This document shows, piece by piece, positions 9,463 to 19,085 of a stretch of DNA of 64,000 bases. Numbering within the stretch: the first letter of the stretch is position 1; each line of letters opens with the position of its first letter. The notes below the pieces were generated by a model, which was not told the DNA's origin, searched no databases, and saw only the letters and a list, made by a program, of their open reading frames with translations. A program made the translations under genes and the position numbers. The DNA is from Streptosporangiaceae bacterium (GTDB taxonomy: Bacteria > Actinomycetota > Actinomycetes > Streptosporangiales > Streptosporangiaceae): the NCBI GenBank assembly GCA_035517035.1, contig DATIZP010000022.1, positions 13,605-77,604 on the forward strand. The letters run 5' to 3'.

Positions 9463-9593
9463 GTCATCTCCTTACCCCGGCGGATCGGGTACTGATACAA
9501 CAAGGGTTGTCCTAAACTAGGCGTTCGGCAATATGTTCGAGGGCGCCAGATGCCTTGCCCGCAAGGCGACGGCACGCACCGGAGGGGGTCGAC

Positions 9594-9776
9594 ATGACCG
9601 ACAGAGGCCTCGACGAGCCAGTCGCCGACGTCGTCGAGCAGCACACCGAGGCGGTTCCTGATGCCGACGAACCCACCGAGACCGAGCTTCCCGAGGAACT
9701 GCCGCTCGAGGCCGACGCTGCCGATGCCGCTGAGCAGGCCCGCGAAGTGGAGCTAGGCGAGGAAGAATACCGGTAG
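9594..9776 (+). CDS. small highly acidic hypothetical protein
   Basis: ORF 9555..9776 trimmed to ATG 9594, which is preceded by GGAGGGGG. About 60 aa, D/E-rich (MTDRGLDEPVADVVEQH...). No recognisable domain. Confidence 0.45.
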   Translation: MTDRGLDEPVADVVEQHTEAVPDADEPTETELPEELPLEADAADAAEQAREVELGEEEYR

Positions 9777-9901
9777 GACAGCACGGCCAGGCGCCCGGCA
9801 CCTGGCCTTCGGCACGCCGGCGGAGCGGGTGCCGCCCGTAGGATGGGCAGTCAGGCGACCTAAAGCTCCTGACCTGCGCCGCTAGCAATTCGGAGATTCC
9901 C

Positions 9902-10537
9902 GTGACCGCGACGTCCCAGACCACCAGGCCGGCCAGTACCCGGCTGCCGCGCCCAGCCAGGCGCAGGCAGCTGCTCGGCGCCGCCCGGGAGGTCTTCGTG
10001 GCGCAGGGGTACCACGCCGCCGCGATGGACGAGATCGCCGAGCGCGCCGGGGTCAGCAAGCCCGTGCTCTACCAGCACTTCCCCGGCAAGCTCGAGCTCT
10101 ACCTGGCGCTGCTCGACGAGAGCGTGGCCGAACTGGTCGGCGCGGTCTCCGCCGCGCTGGCCTCGACCGGCAACAACGCCGAGCGGGTGCCGGCCACGTT
10201 CCGCGCGTTCTTCGACTACGTCAGCGCCGCGGGCGAGACGTTCCGGCTGGTCTTCGAGTCTGACCTGTCGAACGAGCCCGCGGTCAGGGAGCGGCTGGAC
10301 CGTGCGATGGACGAGTGCGCCGAGATGGTCAGCGAGTTCATCCGCGAGGACGCCGGCGTCTCGGACGACGAGGCCGCGCTGCTTGGCATGGCGCTGGTCG
10401 GCATGGCCCAGGTCAGCTCGCGGTACTGGCTGGGCGGCGAGCGCACCATCGGCCAGCGAACCGCGGAGCACCTGCTGTCCCAGCTTGCCTGGCGCGGGAT
10501 CAGCAGCTGGCCGCTTGCCGACGGCACGCACGACTAG
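9902..10537 (+). CDS. TetR/AcrR family transcriptional regulator
   Basis: N-terminal HTH: RRQLLGAAREVFVAQGYHAAAMDEIAERAGVSKPVLYQHFPGKLELY. Confidence 0.9.
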   Translation: MTATSQTTRPASTRLPRPARRRQLLGAAREVFVAQGYHAAAMDEIAERAGVSKPVLYQHFPGKLELYLALLDESVAELVGAVSAALASTGNNAERVPATFRAFFDYVSAAGETFRLVFESDLSNEPAVRERLDRAMDECAEMVSEFIREDAGVSDDEAALLGMALVGMAQVSSRYWLGGERTIGQRTAEHLLSQLAWRGISSWPLADGTHD

Positions 10538-10613
10538 GCACCGGGCTCGATGCCCGGCCCGATCAGCACCGGCCACCACATGCGCTAGGCACGACGAGCG
10601 GAGGATCGCCCGC

Positions 10614-10835
10614 ATGGAAGTCAAGATCGGCATACAGATGGCGCCGCGTGAGCTCGTGGTCGAGACCACGGCCTCGCCCGAGGACATCCAGCGGGCCCTG
10701 ACTACCGCCCTGGCCGACGGCACGGTGTTCGTGGTTACCGACGCCAGGCGAGGCACCGTCATGGTGCCGGCCGACAAGATCGCCTACGTCGAGCTCGACC
10801 TGAACGAGCCGCGGCGGATCGGGTTCGGCAGCTGA
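10614..10835 (+). CDS. DUF3107-type small conserved protein
   Basis: Embedded in ORF 10302..10835. ATG 10614 follows GAGCGGAGGA. MEVKIGIQMAPRELVVET...IAYVELD matches the actinobacterial DUF3107 (TB9.4-like) family as I recall it. It follows TetR as in mycobacterial synteny. Confidence 0.8.
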   Translation: MEVKIGIQMAPRELVVETTASPEDIQRALTTALADGTVFVVTDARRGTVMVPADKIAYVELDLNEPRRIGFGS

Positions 10836-10884
10836 TTCTCCGCTGCTCTTTCTCCGCTCTGGCGCCTCGCGCGGCCGATCCCGG

Positions 10885-11589
10885 CTATTCGGCGAGTCCG
10901 AGCGCGGCCATCCGCTGCGCGTGCGCGTCGGTGAGCGCCGCGAACATCCGGCCGATCTCGCCGAGCTGCGCTGCGGAGCCTCCGGCGAGCAGCCGGGCGA
11001 GCGGTTCCCGCTCGGCCGCGACCCGCTGCGCCTGGCTGAGCGCCTCGCCTACGAGCCGGCGCGCCCAGAGTGCCAGCCGCCCGCCCACCGCGGGGTCCGC
11101 CGCCACCGCCTCACGCACCCGGGCGATCGCGAACTGCGCGTGCCCGGAGTCGGCAAGGGCCGCCAGCACCAGCGACCGGGTGGGCTGGTCGAGAAGCTGC
11201 GCGACGACGCGGTAGAAGTCGGCCGCGATCCCGTCCCCCACGTAGGCCTTGACGAGGCCCTCCAGCCAGTCGGACGGCGCCGTCCTCGCGTGGAACTCAT
11301 CGATCGGGTCCACGAACGGCTGCATGGCCTGCTCGGGCTCGGCGCCGAGTTCCACGATCCGGTCGCGCAGCATGCCGAAGTGGCCGAACTGGGCCACGGC
11401 CATGGCGGCCAGGTCCGCCTTGTCCGGCAGCTCTGTCGCCAGCGAGGCGTCGTCGGCGAGGCGGAAGAACGCCACGAGCGACGCGTAGGCGAGCAGGCCG
11501 AGCAGGTCGATGACGCCATCGGTCGGGGCTTCTGGCTCGGCAGACCTGGATTCCTGCAGGCCCGCGGGATCGGTGTCTGGCGCGGTCAC
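10885..11589 (-). CDS. ferritin-like fold protein
   Basis: ORF 10885..11646. The helical Ala/Leu-rich protein with spaced E/H residues (AVAQFGHFGML..., ALADSGHAQFA) resembles the ferritin-like proteins next to rhlE-type helicases. The start is ambiguous (GTG 11589 or ATG 11646). Confidence 0.55.
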   Translation of the reverse strand: MTAPDTDPAGLQESRSAEPEAPTDGVIDLLGLLAYASLVAFFRLADDASLATELPDKADLAAMAVAQFGHFGMLRDRIVELGAEPEQAMQPFVDPIDEFHARTAPSDWLEGLVKAYVGDGIAADFYRVVAQLLDQPTRSLVLAALADSGHAQFAIARVREAVAADPAVGGRLALWARRLVGEALSQAQRVAAEREPLARLLAGGSAAQLGEIGRMFAALTDAHAQRMAALGLAE

Positions 11590-11954
11590 AAGCGCAGCGT
11601 AACAACGCCACGCCCCGCGCCATCGGATTCGCGCCGTGACCGGCACGGCAGGTCCGCAGACCCTGGCCTGTCAGCCGGCGTTGCTACACTGAGCAGCGAC
11701 CTCATCGTGGAATGCGATCACCCCGGGGCGCGTTGAATCACGTAGCGCGGTATGAGAACCGTTCGTGGTCTGGCCGCGCCTGGCTCCTTCCGGTTGCCTT
11801 GTGCGTACCTAGCCGCATGAGCTGCGGCCGGAGCGCTGCCCGTCAGTGCGGCGGGTCGATTCTCGGATGAGTCAGCTATCGTCCCGCGGCCCGCGGACCG
11901 GACGGAAAACCGCCTGGTGGGGCGCGGGCCACTCATGGAGGCGGAAGCCTGACT

Positions 11955-13718
11955 ATGCAAGACCTAGCTACACCGGTAGCGGAAAGCACCGACCTTATTG
12001 TGGCGGACCTGCCTATTGACCTGGCCGGCGCCGTGGCGGCGGACGGGGTGCCCTTTGTGGACTTCGGCGTCGCCGAGCCGATCTGCGCGGCGCTGGCGGC
12101 CGTAGGCATCACCGAGGCGTTCCCGATCCAGGCGCTGACCCTGCCGATCGCGCTTGACCGACATGACGTCATCGGCCAGGCAAGGACAGGGACGGGCAAG
12201 ACGCTCGCCTTCGGCATCCCGATCGTCCAGCACATCCTGCAGGTCGAGCGCGGCAAGCCAGCGGCACCGCGCGGCCTGGTCGTGGTGCCGACCAGGGAAC
12301 TGGCGATCCAGGTCGCCGACGATCTCAGGGCGGCGTCGGCAGGCAGCGACGTCAACGTCGTCACGCTCTACGGCGGGCGTGCCTACGAGCCGCAGATCGA
12401 GGCGCTCGCCACCGTGGACGTGGTGGTTGGCACGCCAGGGCGGCTGCTCGACCTGGCCCGCCAGGGCCAGCTCCGCCTGTCCTGCGTGGACATCCTGGTC
12501 CTCGACGAGGCCGACCGCATGCTCGACCTCGGCTTCCTGCCCGACGTCGAGGCGATCCTGCGGCTGACCCCGGACAGCCGCCAGACCATGCTCTTCTCGG
12601 CCACCATGCCGTCCGAGGTCGTGACCCTGGCCAGGAGGCACCTGTACCGGCCGATCCACATCAGGGCCGAGCACCACGACGAGCCTGCCCACGTGCCGAC
12701 CACGGACCAGCACGTGTTCCGCGCCCACCAGCTTGACAAGATCGAGGTGCTCGCCCGCGTGCTGCAGGCCGAAGGACGCGGCCTGACGATCGTGTTCTGC
12801 CGTACCCGCCGTGCCTGTGACCAGGTGACCGCCGAGCTGACTCGGCGCGGCTTCGCCGCCGGGGCCGTGCACGGCGACCTCGGCCAGAGCCAGCGCGAGC
12901 GGGCGCTGCGCGCGTTCCGGTCGGGCAAGGTGGACGTGCTCGTCGCCACCGACGTCGCCGCCCGCGGCCTCGACGTCGACGACGTGACCCACGTGGTGAA
13001 CTACGAGTGCCCCGAGGACGATAAGGCCTACCTGCACCGGATCGGCAGGACCGGGCGTGCCGGGCGGACCGGCGTGGCCGTGACCTTCGTCGACTGGCAG
13101 GACATGGGCCGGTGGAAGCTGATCAGCGAGACGCTGAACCTCGGCCAGCCCGAGCCACTCGAGACCTACTCCACCTCGGAGCACCTGTTCAGCGCGCTTG
13201 CCATCCCGGCGGGCGCGGCCGGCACCCTGCCACGTGCCCAGCGCGAGCGGGCCGGGCTCGAGGCCGAGGACCTCGAGGACATCGGCGAGACCGGCAAGGT
13301 CAGGTCGCGGCCGCAGTCAGCCGCCGCTAGCCGGGACCGTGGCCGACGACCGGCCACCGCACGCGGCGCAGGCGCCGACGGCGCCGACCAGCACGACCAG
13401 GGCCGCGCGAGGCCGGCCAGGCGGCGCACCAGGGGCGGGGTTCCGCTGGCCGGAACCGGCCAGCCGGCCGCCGAGCACGGCTCGCAGGCACCGCACGCGC
13501 CCCAGGCCGACCACGCGCCCCACCACGCGCAGCCCGAGCACGCCGCTTCCGGCCACCCGGCTGCGGCGGCCGACCTGGCGGACGAGCCGCGCCGCAGGAG
13601 CCGCAGGCCGCGCCGCGGCCGTGGCGGCCGGACCGGCGAAGGCCGCGCCGACGACCGGAGGTCGGGTTCCACCCGGCCCGCCAACCAGGCGGAACGCCGT
13701 GACATTGAGACTCCCTGA
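11955..13718 (+). CDS. DEAD-box ATP-dependent RNA helicase with Arg-rich C-terminal tail
   Basis: Motifs AQARTGTGKT, PTRELA, VLDEADRMLD, SAT, ATDVAARGLD and HRIGRTGRAG. There is a long basic low-complexity tail. Confidence 0.92.
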   Translation: MQDLATPVAESTDLIVADLPIDLAGAVAADGVPFVDFGVAEPICAALAAVGITEAFPIQALTLPIALDRHDVIGQARTGTGKTLAFGIPIVQHILQVERGKPAAPRGLVVVPTRELAIQVADDLRAASAGSDVNVVTLYGGRAYEPQIEALATVDVVVGTPGRLLDLARQGQLRLSCVDILVLDEADRMLDLGFLPDVEAILRLTPDSRQTMLFSATMPSEVVTLARRHLYRPIHIRAEHHDEPAHVPTTDQHVFRAHQLDKIEVLARVLQAEGRGLTIVFCRTRRACDQVTAELTRRGFAAGAVHGDLGQSQRERALRAFRSGKVDVLVATDVAARGLDVDDVTHVVNYECPEDDKAYLHRIGRTGRAGRTGVAVTFVDWQDMGRWKLISETLNLGQPEPLETYSTSEHLFSALAIPAGAAGTLPRAQRERAGLEAEDLEDIGETGKVRSRPQSAAASRDRGRRPATARGAGADGADQHDQGRARPARRRTRGGVPLAGTGQPAAEHGSQAPHAPQADHAPHHAQPEHAASGHPAAAADLADEPRRRSRRPRRGRGGRTGEGRADDRRSGSTRPANQAERRDIETP

Positions 13719-13798
13719 ACCACCGAGGTACGATACGACCCCCTTTTGCTCGGCTAGAGTCAGGTCCCGCTGATCCAGGCTAGGTAGGCTGCCGCCCC

Positions 13799-14698
13799 GT
13801 GAGCACTCCCCGGTCGCTGCGAAGGTCCCCTCAGGTCAGGCCGGTCGTCATCGAGACCTACCGCGGCCGCTTTGCCGCCCTGGCCGCCGACCCGGCGAAT
13901 GGCGTCAGCGAGCGGCAGCCGGCCTTGCTCATCCCCGGCTACACCGGGAGCAAGGAAGACTTCCTGTCGGTGCTCGAGCCGCTCGCCGATGCCGGACGCT
14001 GCGTCGTGGCGATCGACATGCGCGGGCAGTATCAGTCCCCGCGGGCCGCCACCAGCGCGCAGTACGAGCTTGACCAGCTCGGCGAGGACCTGACCGCGGT
14101 GGCCGCCACGGTGGCCGGTGACACCGGGCGAGTGCATCTGCTCGGCCACTCGTTCGGCGGCCTGGTGGCGCGCCAGGCGGCGCTCGGCAGCCCGGCCGCC
14201 TACTTGTCTCTGACCCTGCTCGGCTCGGGCCCGCACGCCATCGGCGGCGACCGCGCCCAGGCCCTGCGCGACCTGCTCGCCTACCTCGAGCCAGCGGCGG
14301 GCGACGTCGAGATGATGGGAACCATGATCACGCAGCTCTGGAACGCCCAGCTGCGCCCGCAGGCGGAGGCGGAGGGCACGCCGGAGGAGATCATCGAGTT
14401 CCTCGCCGAGCGGGCGCTGCTCAGCTGCCCGCTCGGGCTCGCCGTGATGGCCGGCCACCTGCTCGGCTGTCCCGACCTGACCGACGAGCTTGCGGCCCTG
14501 GACAGGCTGCCCAAGCTGGTCAGCTACGGCGAGAACGACGACGCATGGCCGCCGGACGTCCAGGACCTGATGGCCAAGCGGCTCGGCGCGCAGCGGGTCT
14601 GCCTGCCCAGTGCCGGGCACTCGCCGACGGTCGAGGCGCCGGAGACCACGGCGGCCATGCTCACCGCGTTCTGGAACCAGGCCGAGTCGGCCCGCTGA
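13799..14698 (+). CDS. alpha/beta fold hydrolase
   Basis: GHSFGG nucleophile elbow, IPGYTGSKEDF, C-terminal AGHSPTVE. Confidence 0.85.
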   Translation: MSTPRSLRRSPQVRPVVIETYRGRFAALAADPANGVSERQPALLIPGYTGSKEDFLSVLEPLADAGRCVVAIDMRGQYQSPRAATSAQYELDQLGEDLTAVAATVAGDTGRVHLLGHSFGGLVARQAALGSPAAYLSLTLLGSGPHAIGGDRAQALRDLLAYLEPAAGDVEMMGTMITQLWNAQLRPQAEAEGTPEEIIEFLAERALLSCPLGLAVMAGHLLGCPDLTDELAALDRLPKLVSYGENDDAWPPDVQDLMAKRLGAQRVCLPSAGHSPTVEAPETTAAMLTAFWNQAESAR

Positions 14699-14713
14699 CG
14701 CGCGGGCGGCCGG

Positions 14714-15601
14714 CTAGGCGAGCGGGTCGGCGTCCGCGTCGTCGTCGGCCAGACCGTCCCATGGCCTGCGCTGCGCCGACGCGGCCCGGCCCTCCGCGCA
14801 CTGGGCGCGGAAGTCGCACCAGCCGCACCACGATCCCGGGCTCGGCGGGAAGACCACGTCACCGCGCCCGGACTCCGGCTCGGCGCGGAAGCTCTCGTCG
14901 GCGGCCGAGCACTCGCCGGCGATGTCCTCTGCCCGCCGCAGCTGCCGGCCGAGCGAGTCGGCCGTGTGGTCCCAGCGCGCCACCTCCCCGGTGGGCAGGT
15001 GGTGCAGTTCCACCGCCGTGCAGGGCCGGCGCAGCACCCGCCCTGCGGCAACCGCGTACAGGGCGAGCGCGAGCGAGGATCGGGCGTCGTCCGCGGTGAG
15101 CGGGCGCCGACCGGTCTTGTAGTCGACCACCACAAGCTCGCGCCGCAGCTCGCGGCCGGCGACCGGCCGGTCGTCGAGGCGGTCGATCCGGCCGGAGACC
15201 GCGATCAGGTCGGTCTTGGTGCCGACCGTGCGCTCTACCCCGGCCGGCTCGCAGGCCGGGTCGAGCCGGGCCACGTAGTCCCGCACCATCGCGGTCGAGC
15301 GGCGCAGGTACTGGGCGGACTGGGCGTCGTCGGCGAATCCGTCGGTGAGCCAGCCACGCTCAAGCAGCAACACGGCCGCCGCGGGCGTCCGCTCGGCCAC
15401 GGGCAGCCGCCACCAGCCGGCCAGCGCGTTGTGCACGCTGGCGCCGAGGCTGTTGTGCGCCCATGGCGGCCCTTTCGGCGGCGCCGGGCGGTCCAGGTAG
15501 GTCATCCGGTATCGCCGCGGGCAGTCAAGCCACGCCCGCAGCCGGCTCGGCGTGCACGGGTAGAGCCGCCGCGGCATTCCCTCGAAGCCAAGCTGCTCCA
15601 C
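14714..15601 (-). CDS. PD-(D/E)XK nuclease family protein (RecB/Cas4-like with C-terminal Cys cluster)
   Basis: GRIDRLD...VVVDYKTG core nuclease motif. N-terminal CPRRY and C-terminal CGWCDFRAQC cysteines are typical of Fe-S Cas4/AddB-type nucleases. Confidence 0.75.
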   Translation of the reverse strand: MEQLGFEGMPRRLYPCTPSRLRAWLDCPRRYRMTYLDRPAPPKGPPWAHNSLGASVHNALAGWWRLPVAERTPAAAVLLLERGWLTDGFADDAQSAQYLRRSTAMVRDYVARLDPACEPAGVERTVGTKTDLIAVSGRIDRLDDRPVAGRELRRELVVVDYKTGRRPLTADDARSSLALALYAVAAGRVLRRPCTAVELHHLPTGEVARWDHTADSLGRQLRRAEDIAGECSAADESFRAEPESGRGDVVFPPSPGSWCGWCDFRAQCAEGRAASAQRRPWDGLADDDADADPLA

Positions 15602-15608
15602 CGTCGGG

Positions 15609-16226
15609 CTAGTCCGCTGACTCGTCGATCAGCCCCTCAGGTCCGGCCGAGACCCAGGAATCGAACCGCCGCTCGGCGGCCTCGACGCTGCTCTCCTCCC
15701 CGTGGCCGGGCAGGATCCTCGTCTTCTTGTCCAGGGTGAGCACGTTCGCGCCGATCGAGCTCAGCTGCCGCGGAAAGTCCTCGAAGTAGCCCTCGTGCGG
15801 CACCGGGCCGTTCCCGCCCACTACGTCGCCCGAGAACAGCGCGGACAGCTCCTCGCTGTACAGGCAGACCGACCCCGGGGTGTGCCCTGGCGCGTGAATG
15901 ACCTCCAGGGTGACATCGGACACATCGAACCGGCCGCCGTCCTCGATCCAGATGTCCGGCTCGGCGCCCGACTGCGCCTCCCGCCAGGTCAGCCGGTCCG
16001 CCGCGTGCAGCGCGACCGGCGCCTCGTCCCGCTTGGCCACCTCAAAGGCGGCGGCGGCGTGCCTCGCGTGCCCGTGCGTGCAGATCACCGCGAGCACCTC
16101 GCGCTCGCCGACGATACGCAGCACCTCAGACGCCGACTCGCCAGGATCGATGACGATCACCTCGTCGTCGTCGCCGACCACCCAGCTGTTGACGGAACCG
16201 GCGATCCGCTCGATCCTCGCGTCCAT
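15609..16226 (-). CDS. MBL-fold metallo-hydrolase (variant metal motif)
   Basis: ORF 15609..16385 trimmed to ATG 16226 (MDARIERIAGSVNSWVVGDD...). Motifs THGHARH, HAPGHTPGS and LPGHG are present. The canonical HxHxDH Asp is Arg here. Confidence 0.8.
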   Translation of the reverse strand: MDARIERIAGSVNSWVVGDDDEVIVIDPGESASEVLRIVGEREVLAVICTHGHARHAAAAFEVAKRDEAPVALHAADRLTWREAQSGAEPDIWIEDGGRFDVSDVTLEVIHAPGHTPGSVCLYSEELSALFSGDVVGGNGPVPHEGYFEDFPRQLSSIGANVLTLDKKTRILPGHGEESSVEAAERRFDSWVSAGPEGLIDESAD

Positions 16227-16443
16227 CGCCCTGCCTCTCCCTCCGGGTTGGCTCTGGCCGGCCGGCGCCCGGCCTCCCTGAGTATCACTGCGGAGAATCG
16301 CATCGTCAGCCAGAGCGCGGCGTCGACTGCGACAATAGCCGCACCGAAAGGCGACCGCGCCGCCAACCGGGGCAACGCGCCGCACGAACAGCGTCGTCGC
16401 GACGAACGCCCAGGCCCCGCTCAGGATCAGGCGGCCGACGAGA

Positions 16444-17289
16444 TCACCCGGTGATCACCTGGGCGCCCGACGCGGCGGCGAGCAGCTGCTCGAGGTCCTG
16501 GGCATCGGTCGACTCGCAGCCCACCCGGTCGCCGGTAAGTTCTCCGTGGTCGTCGCTTCCGCCGGTCACCGCCAGGTCATGGCCGCGGGCGAGCGCCGCG
16601 AGCTCGGCGCGCTGCTCGGCGTCGTGGTCGGGATGCGCGACCTCGACCCCGTCCAGCCCGGAGCTCGCCAGATCGGTGATCAGCCGCTCGGGCACGGTCC
16701 AGCCCCGGGTGACAGCGAACGGGTGGGCGAGCACGGTCACGCCGCCCGCATTGTGCACGAGGGCGATCGCCTCCGCCGGGTCGAGCGCGTACTTGTGCAC
16801 GTAGGCCCTGCCGCCCGTCCCGATCCACTCCGGCGTGAACGCCTGATCGGCCGAGGCGATCACGCCGGACTCGACCATCGCCCTGGCGATATGTGGCCGA
16901 CCGATCACCGCGTCGCCAGCGATCGCGCGCACCTGCTCCCAGGTCACCGGCGCGCCGAGCTCGGCGAGCCTGCCGACCATCGCCCTGGCCCGGTCCATCC
17001 TGGTCTCGGCGAGGGCGCGGCGCTGCGCGGCCAGCGCGGCGTGGTCCGGGTCGAACAGGTAGCAGAGCAGGTGAATGCTGTGCTCGTCGCGCCGGCAGGA
17101 GAGCTCCATGCCGGGAATCAGGGTCAGCGAGGGCGGCAGCGCGGCGGCCGCCTGCGCGATTCCCGCCACGGTGTCGTGATCGGTCAGCGCGATCACGTCG
17201 AGGCCGGCCGCCGCGGCTCTTCGCATCATCTCGGCGGGCGGCCTGGTCCCGTCAGATGCGGAGCTGTGGCAGTGCAGGTCGGCGCGCAC
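16444..17289 (-). CDS. PHP domain metal-dependent phosphoesterase
   Basis: MRADLHCHSSASDG...ALTDHDT...LAHP...GSDDHG. Confidence 0.88.
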   Translation of the reverse strand: MRADLHCHSSASDGTRPPAEMMRRAAAAGLDVIALTDHDTVAGIAQAAAALPPSLTLIPGMELSCRRDEHSIHLLCYLFDPDHAALAAQRRALAETRMDRARAMVGRLAELGAPVTWEQVRAIAGDAVIGRPHIARAMVESGVIASADQAFTPEWIGTGGRAYVHKYALDPAEAIALVHNAGGVTVLAHPFAVTRGWTVPERLITDLASSGLDGVEVAHPDHDAEQRAELAALARGHDLAVTGGSDDHGELTGDRVGCESTDAQDLEQLLAAASGAQVITG

Positions 17290-17307
17290 GAGGCGACTGT
17301 AGCCGTC

Positions 17308-17928
17308 CTAGCCGGGCAGGCGCGGCGACCGGGCTCCGAACGGCAGATCGAGTTCCTGACCTGGATCGCGCAGGTCGATCAGCCGCATCGGCTCAACCAG
17401 CATGGTTCCCGCCGTGTCCGGCCACAGCAGGACCCACAGCCAGCTGCCCATCACCTCGCCGGCGAACGCGGCGCAGCCCGGCGCGTCCACGTGCCAGAGC
17501 GGGAACTCGTGGTTGCCGTGCTCGACCTGCGCATGCGGGGAACAGGCCAGGAGGTCGGCACCGGGATCGGGGCCTTCGATCCCCGCGCAGTGGGCGCCGA
17601 GGCCTACCCCGAGCTCCTCGCAGATCAGCAGCATCTCGGCCAGACCGCCGACCGGGTTAGGCCCGGACAGGGCGACGACCGTGCCTCGGACGCCGCTCGT
17701 CTCGGCGCCGACCGCGGCGAATCCGCTGACCAGCCATCCGTCGGGCAGCGGCCAGGGCAGCATGACGGGAACGACAGCGCGGGCGGTCAGCTCAGCCTGC
17801 CCTTGCGGCGACACGGCCGGCACCTGCCAGAGCGGGTAGATGTCGCCGTGCGTGGCGCACCGCCAGCTGCCTGCCGCGTCACTGGGCGGCGTCGCCGGGC
17901 TACCGCAGCGCGGGCAGGTCAGGTCCAT
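17308..17928 (-). CDS. conserved actinobacterial protein with N-terminal zinc-ribbon
   Basis: MDLTCPRCGSP...WRCATHG followed by a conserved PLPDGWLVSG region. Function unknown. Confidence 0.7.
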   Translation of the reverse strand: MDLTCPRCGSPATPPSDAAGSWRCATHGDIYPLWQVPAVSPQGQAELTARAVVPVMLPWPLPDGWLVSGFAAVGAETSGVRGTVVALSGPNPVGGLAEMLLICEELGVGLGAHCAGIEGPDPGADLLACSPHAQVEHGNHEFPLWHVDAPGCAAFAGEVMGSWLWVLLWPDTAGTMLVEPMRLIDLRDPGQELDLPFGARSPRLPG

Positions 17929-18079
17929 CGCCTCAACGCCGCGTCCGGTCGGTCGATCGCCGCACGTGCACCCCAGCTAGTACGATGCTCGGCCCGGGTC
18001 GCTGGCAAACGCCCGCCCCCAGCGCTGTCGAACGTCGACGATAGGCCGCCGACGGTAGGGCTGAGGATAGACCCTCAGG

Positions 18080-19024
18080 TCAGTGCGGCGTGCGGCGCTT
18101 GGTCCTCGACAGGCCGGCGGCGCGGCCGCGGGCCGCGGCGGCCAGGGCGAGCTTGCGCGACGCCTCGTCGATCATCTCGCCATCGAGCATCGCCGCGCCG
18201 CGCCGCGTCGCCGCGGCATGGGCATAGGCGTCGATGATCAGCTCGGCCCGGTCGTAGTCCTGCTGACTGGGCGTGAATGCGGCGTTCGCCGTGGCGATCT
18301 GACCGGGGTGGACCACCCATTTGCCGTCGAAGCCCAGGGCGGCTGCGCTCGCGCAGGATGTGGCGAGTCCGTTGAGGTCCGCGATCGCCGCGTACGGCCC
18401 GTCGATGGCCTGCAGGCCCGCCGCCCTGGCCGCGACGAGGATGCGCATCAGCGGGTAGTGGAACGCATCGCCGCCGGGGTAGCCATCGGGCTGCGCGCCG
18501 ATCCGCAGTGAGCGCATCCCGACGCTGGCCATGAAGTCCGCCGGGCCGAAGACCAGGGCAGCGAGCCTGGGCGATGCGGCGGCGATGGCGTCGGCGGCGG
18601 CGAGGCCCGCGGCGTCCTCGATCTGCGCCTCGATCGCGATCTGACCGAAATCCAGGCCCGCCTCCCGCTCGACCTGGCCGAGCAGCAGGTCGAGCCAGGT
18701 AACGTGGGCGGCCGAGGTGACCTTGGGCAGGACGATAGCGTCCAGCCGGCCGCCGGACCGCTCGACCACGCCGATTACGTCGCGGTGCGCCCACTGGCTG
18801 GTCACGTCGTTGACGCGGACCGCAAGCACTCGGCTGCCCCAGATGCCCGCACCGACCGCCGCCGCGACATGCGCCCGCGCCTGGTCCTTCGCCGCCGGCG
18901 CGACCGAGTCCTCAAGGTCGAGTATCACCTCGTCAGCGGTCAGTTCACCGGCCTTGGCGAGGAACCGCTCGCTGCTGCCAGGAACGGTCAGGCAGGACCG
19001 CCGCGGCCGGTCGGTGCTCGTCAT
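18080..19024 (-). CDS. HpcH/HpaI aldolase / citrate lyase beta subunit-like (CitE family) protein
   Basis: SCLTVPGSSERF..., DEVILDLEDSVAP, LPKV, IEAQIEDAAG, FGPADF, DGKWVVHPGQI. Confidence 0.85.
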   Translation of the reverse strand: MTSTDRPRRSCLTVPGSSERFLAKAGELTADEVILDLEDSVAPAAKDQARAHVAAAVGAGIWGSRVLAVRVNDVTSQWAHRDVIGVVERSGGRLDAIVLPKVTSAAHVTWLDLLLGQVEREAGLDFGQIAIEAQIEDAAGLAAADAIAAASPRLAALVFGPADFMASVGMRSLRIGAQPDGYPGGDAFHYPLMRILVAARAAGLQAIDGPYAAIADLNGLATSCASAAALGFDGKWVVHPGQIATANAAFTPSQQDYDRAELIIDAYAHAAATRRGAAMLDGEMIDEASRKLALAAAARGRAAGLSRTKRRTPH

Positions 19025-19085
19025 GGACCGATGATCCTATGCCAGACCGTTCGATGAGGTGGCCGGGTCCTTCTAGCATGGGTTC

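Noticed and set aside
9787-9809. The GGCCAGG-N9-CCTGGCC hairpin after the small acidic ORF as a terminator.
   Set aside because: The stem is only 7 bp with no U-tract, and such GC stems are frequent by chance in this composition.
14714-17928. The PD-(D/E)XK nuclease, MBL hydrolase, PHP phosphoesterase and zinc-ribbon protein as a novel defence or repair island.
   Set aside because: As I recall, the same gene set and order is conserved housekeeping synteny across actinomycetes. There are no hallmarks of mobility or of known defence architectures.
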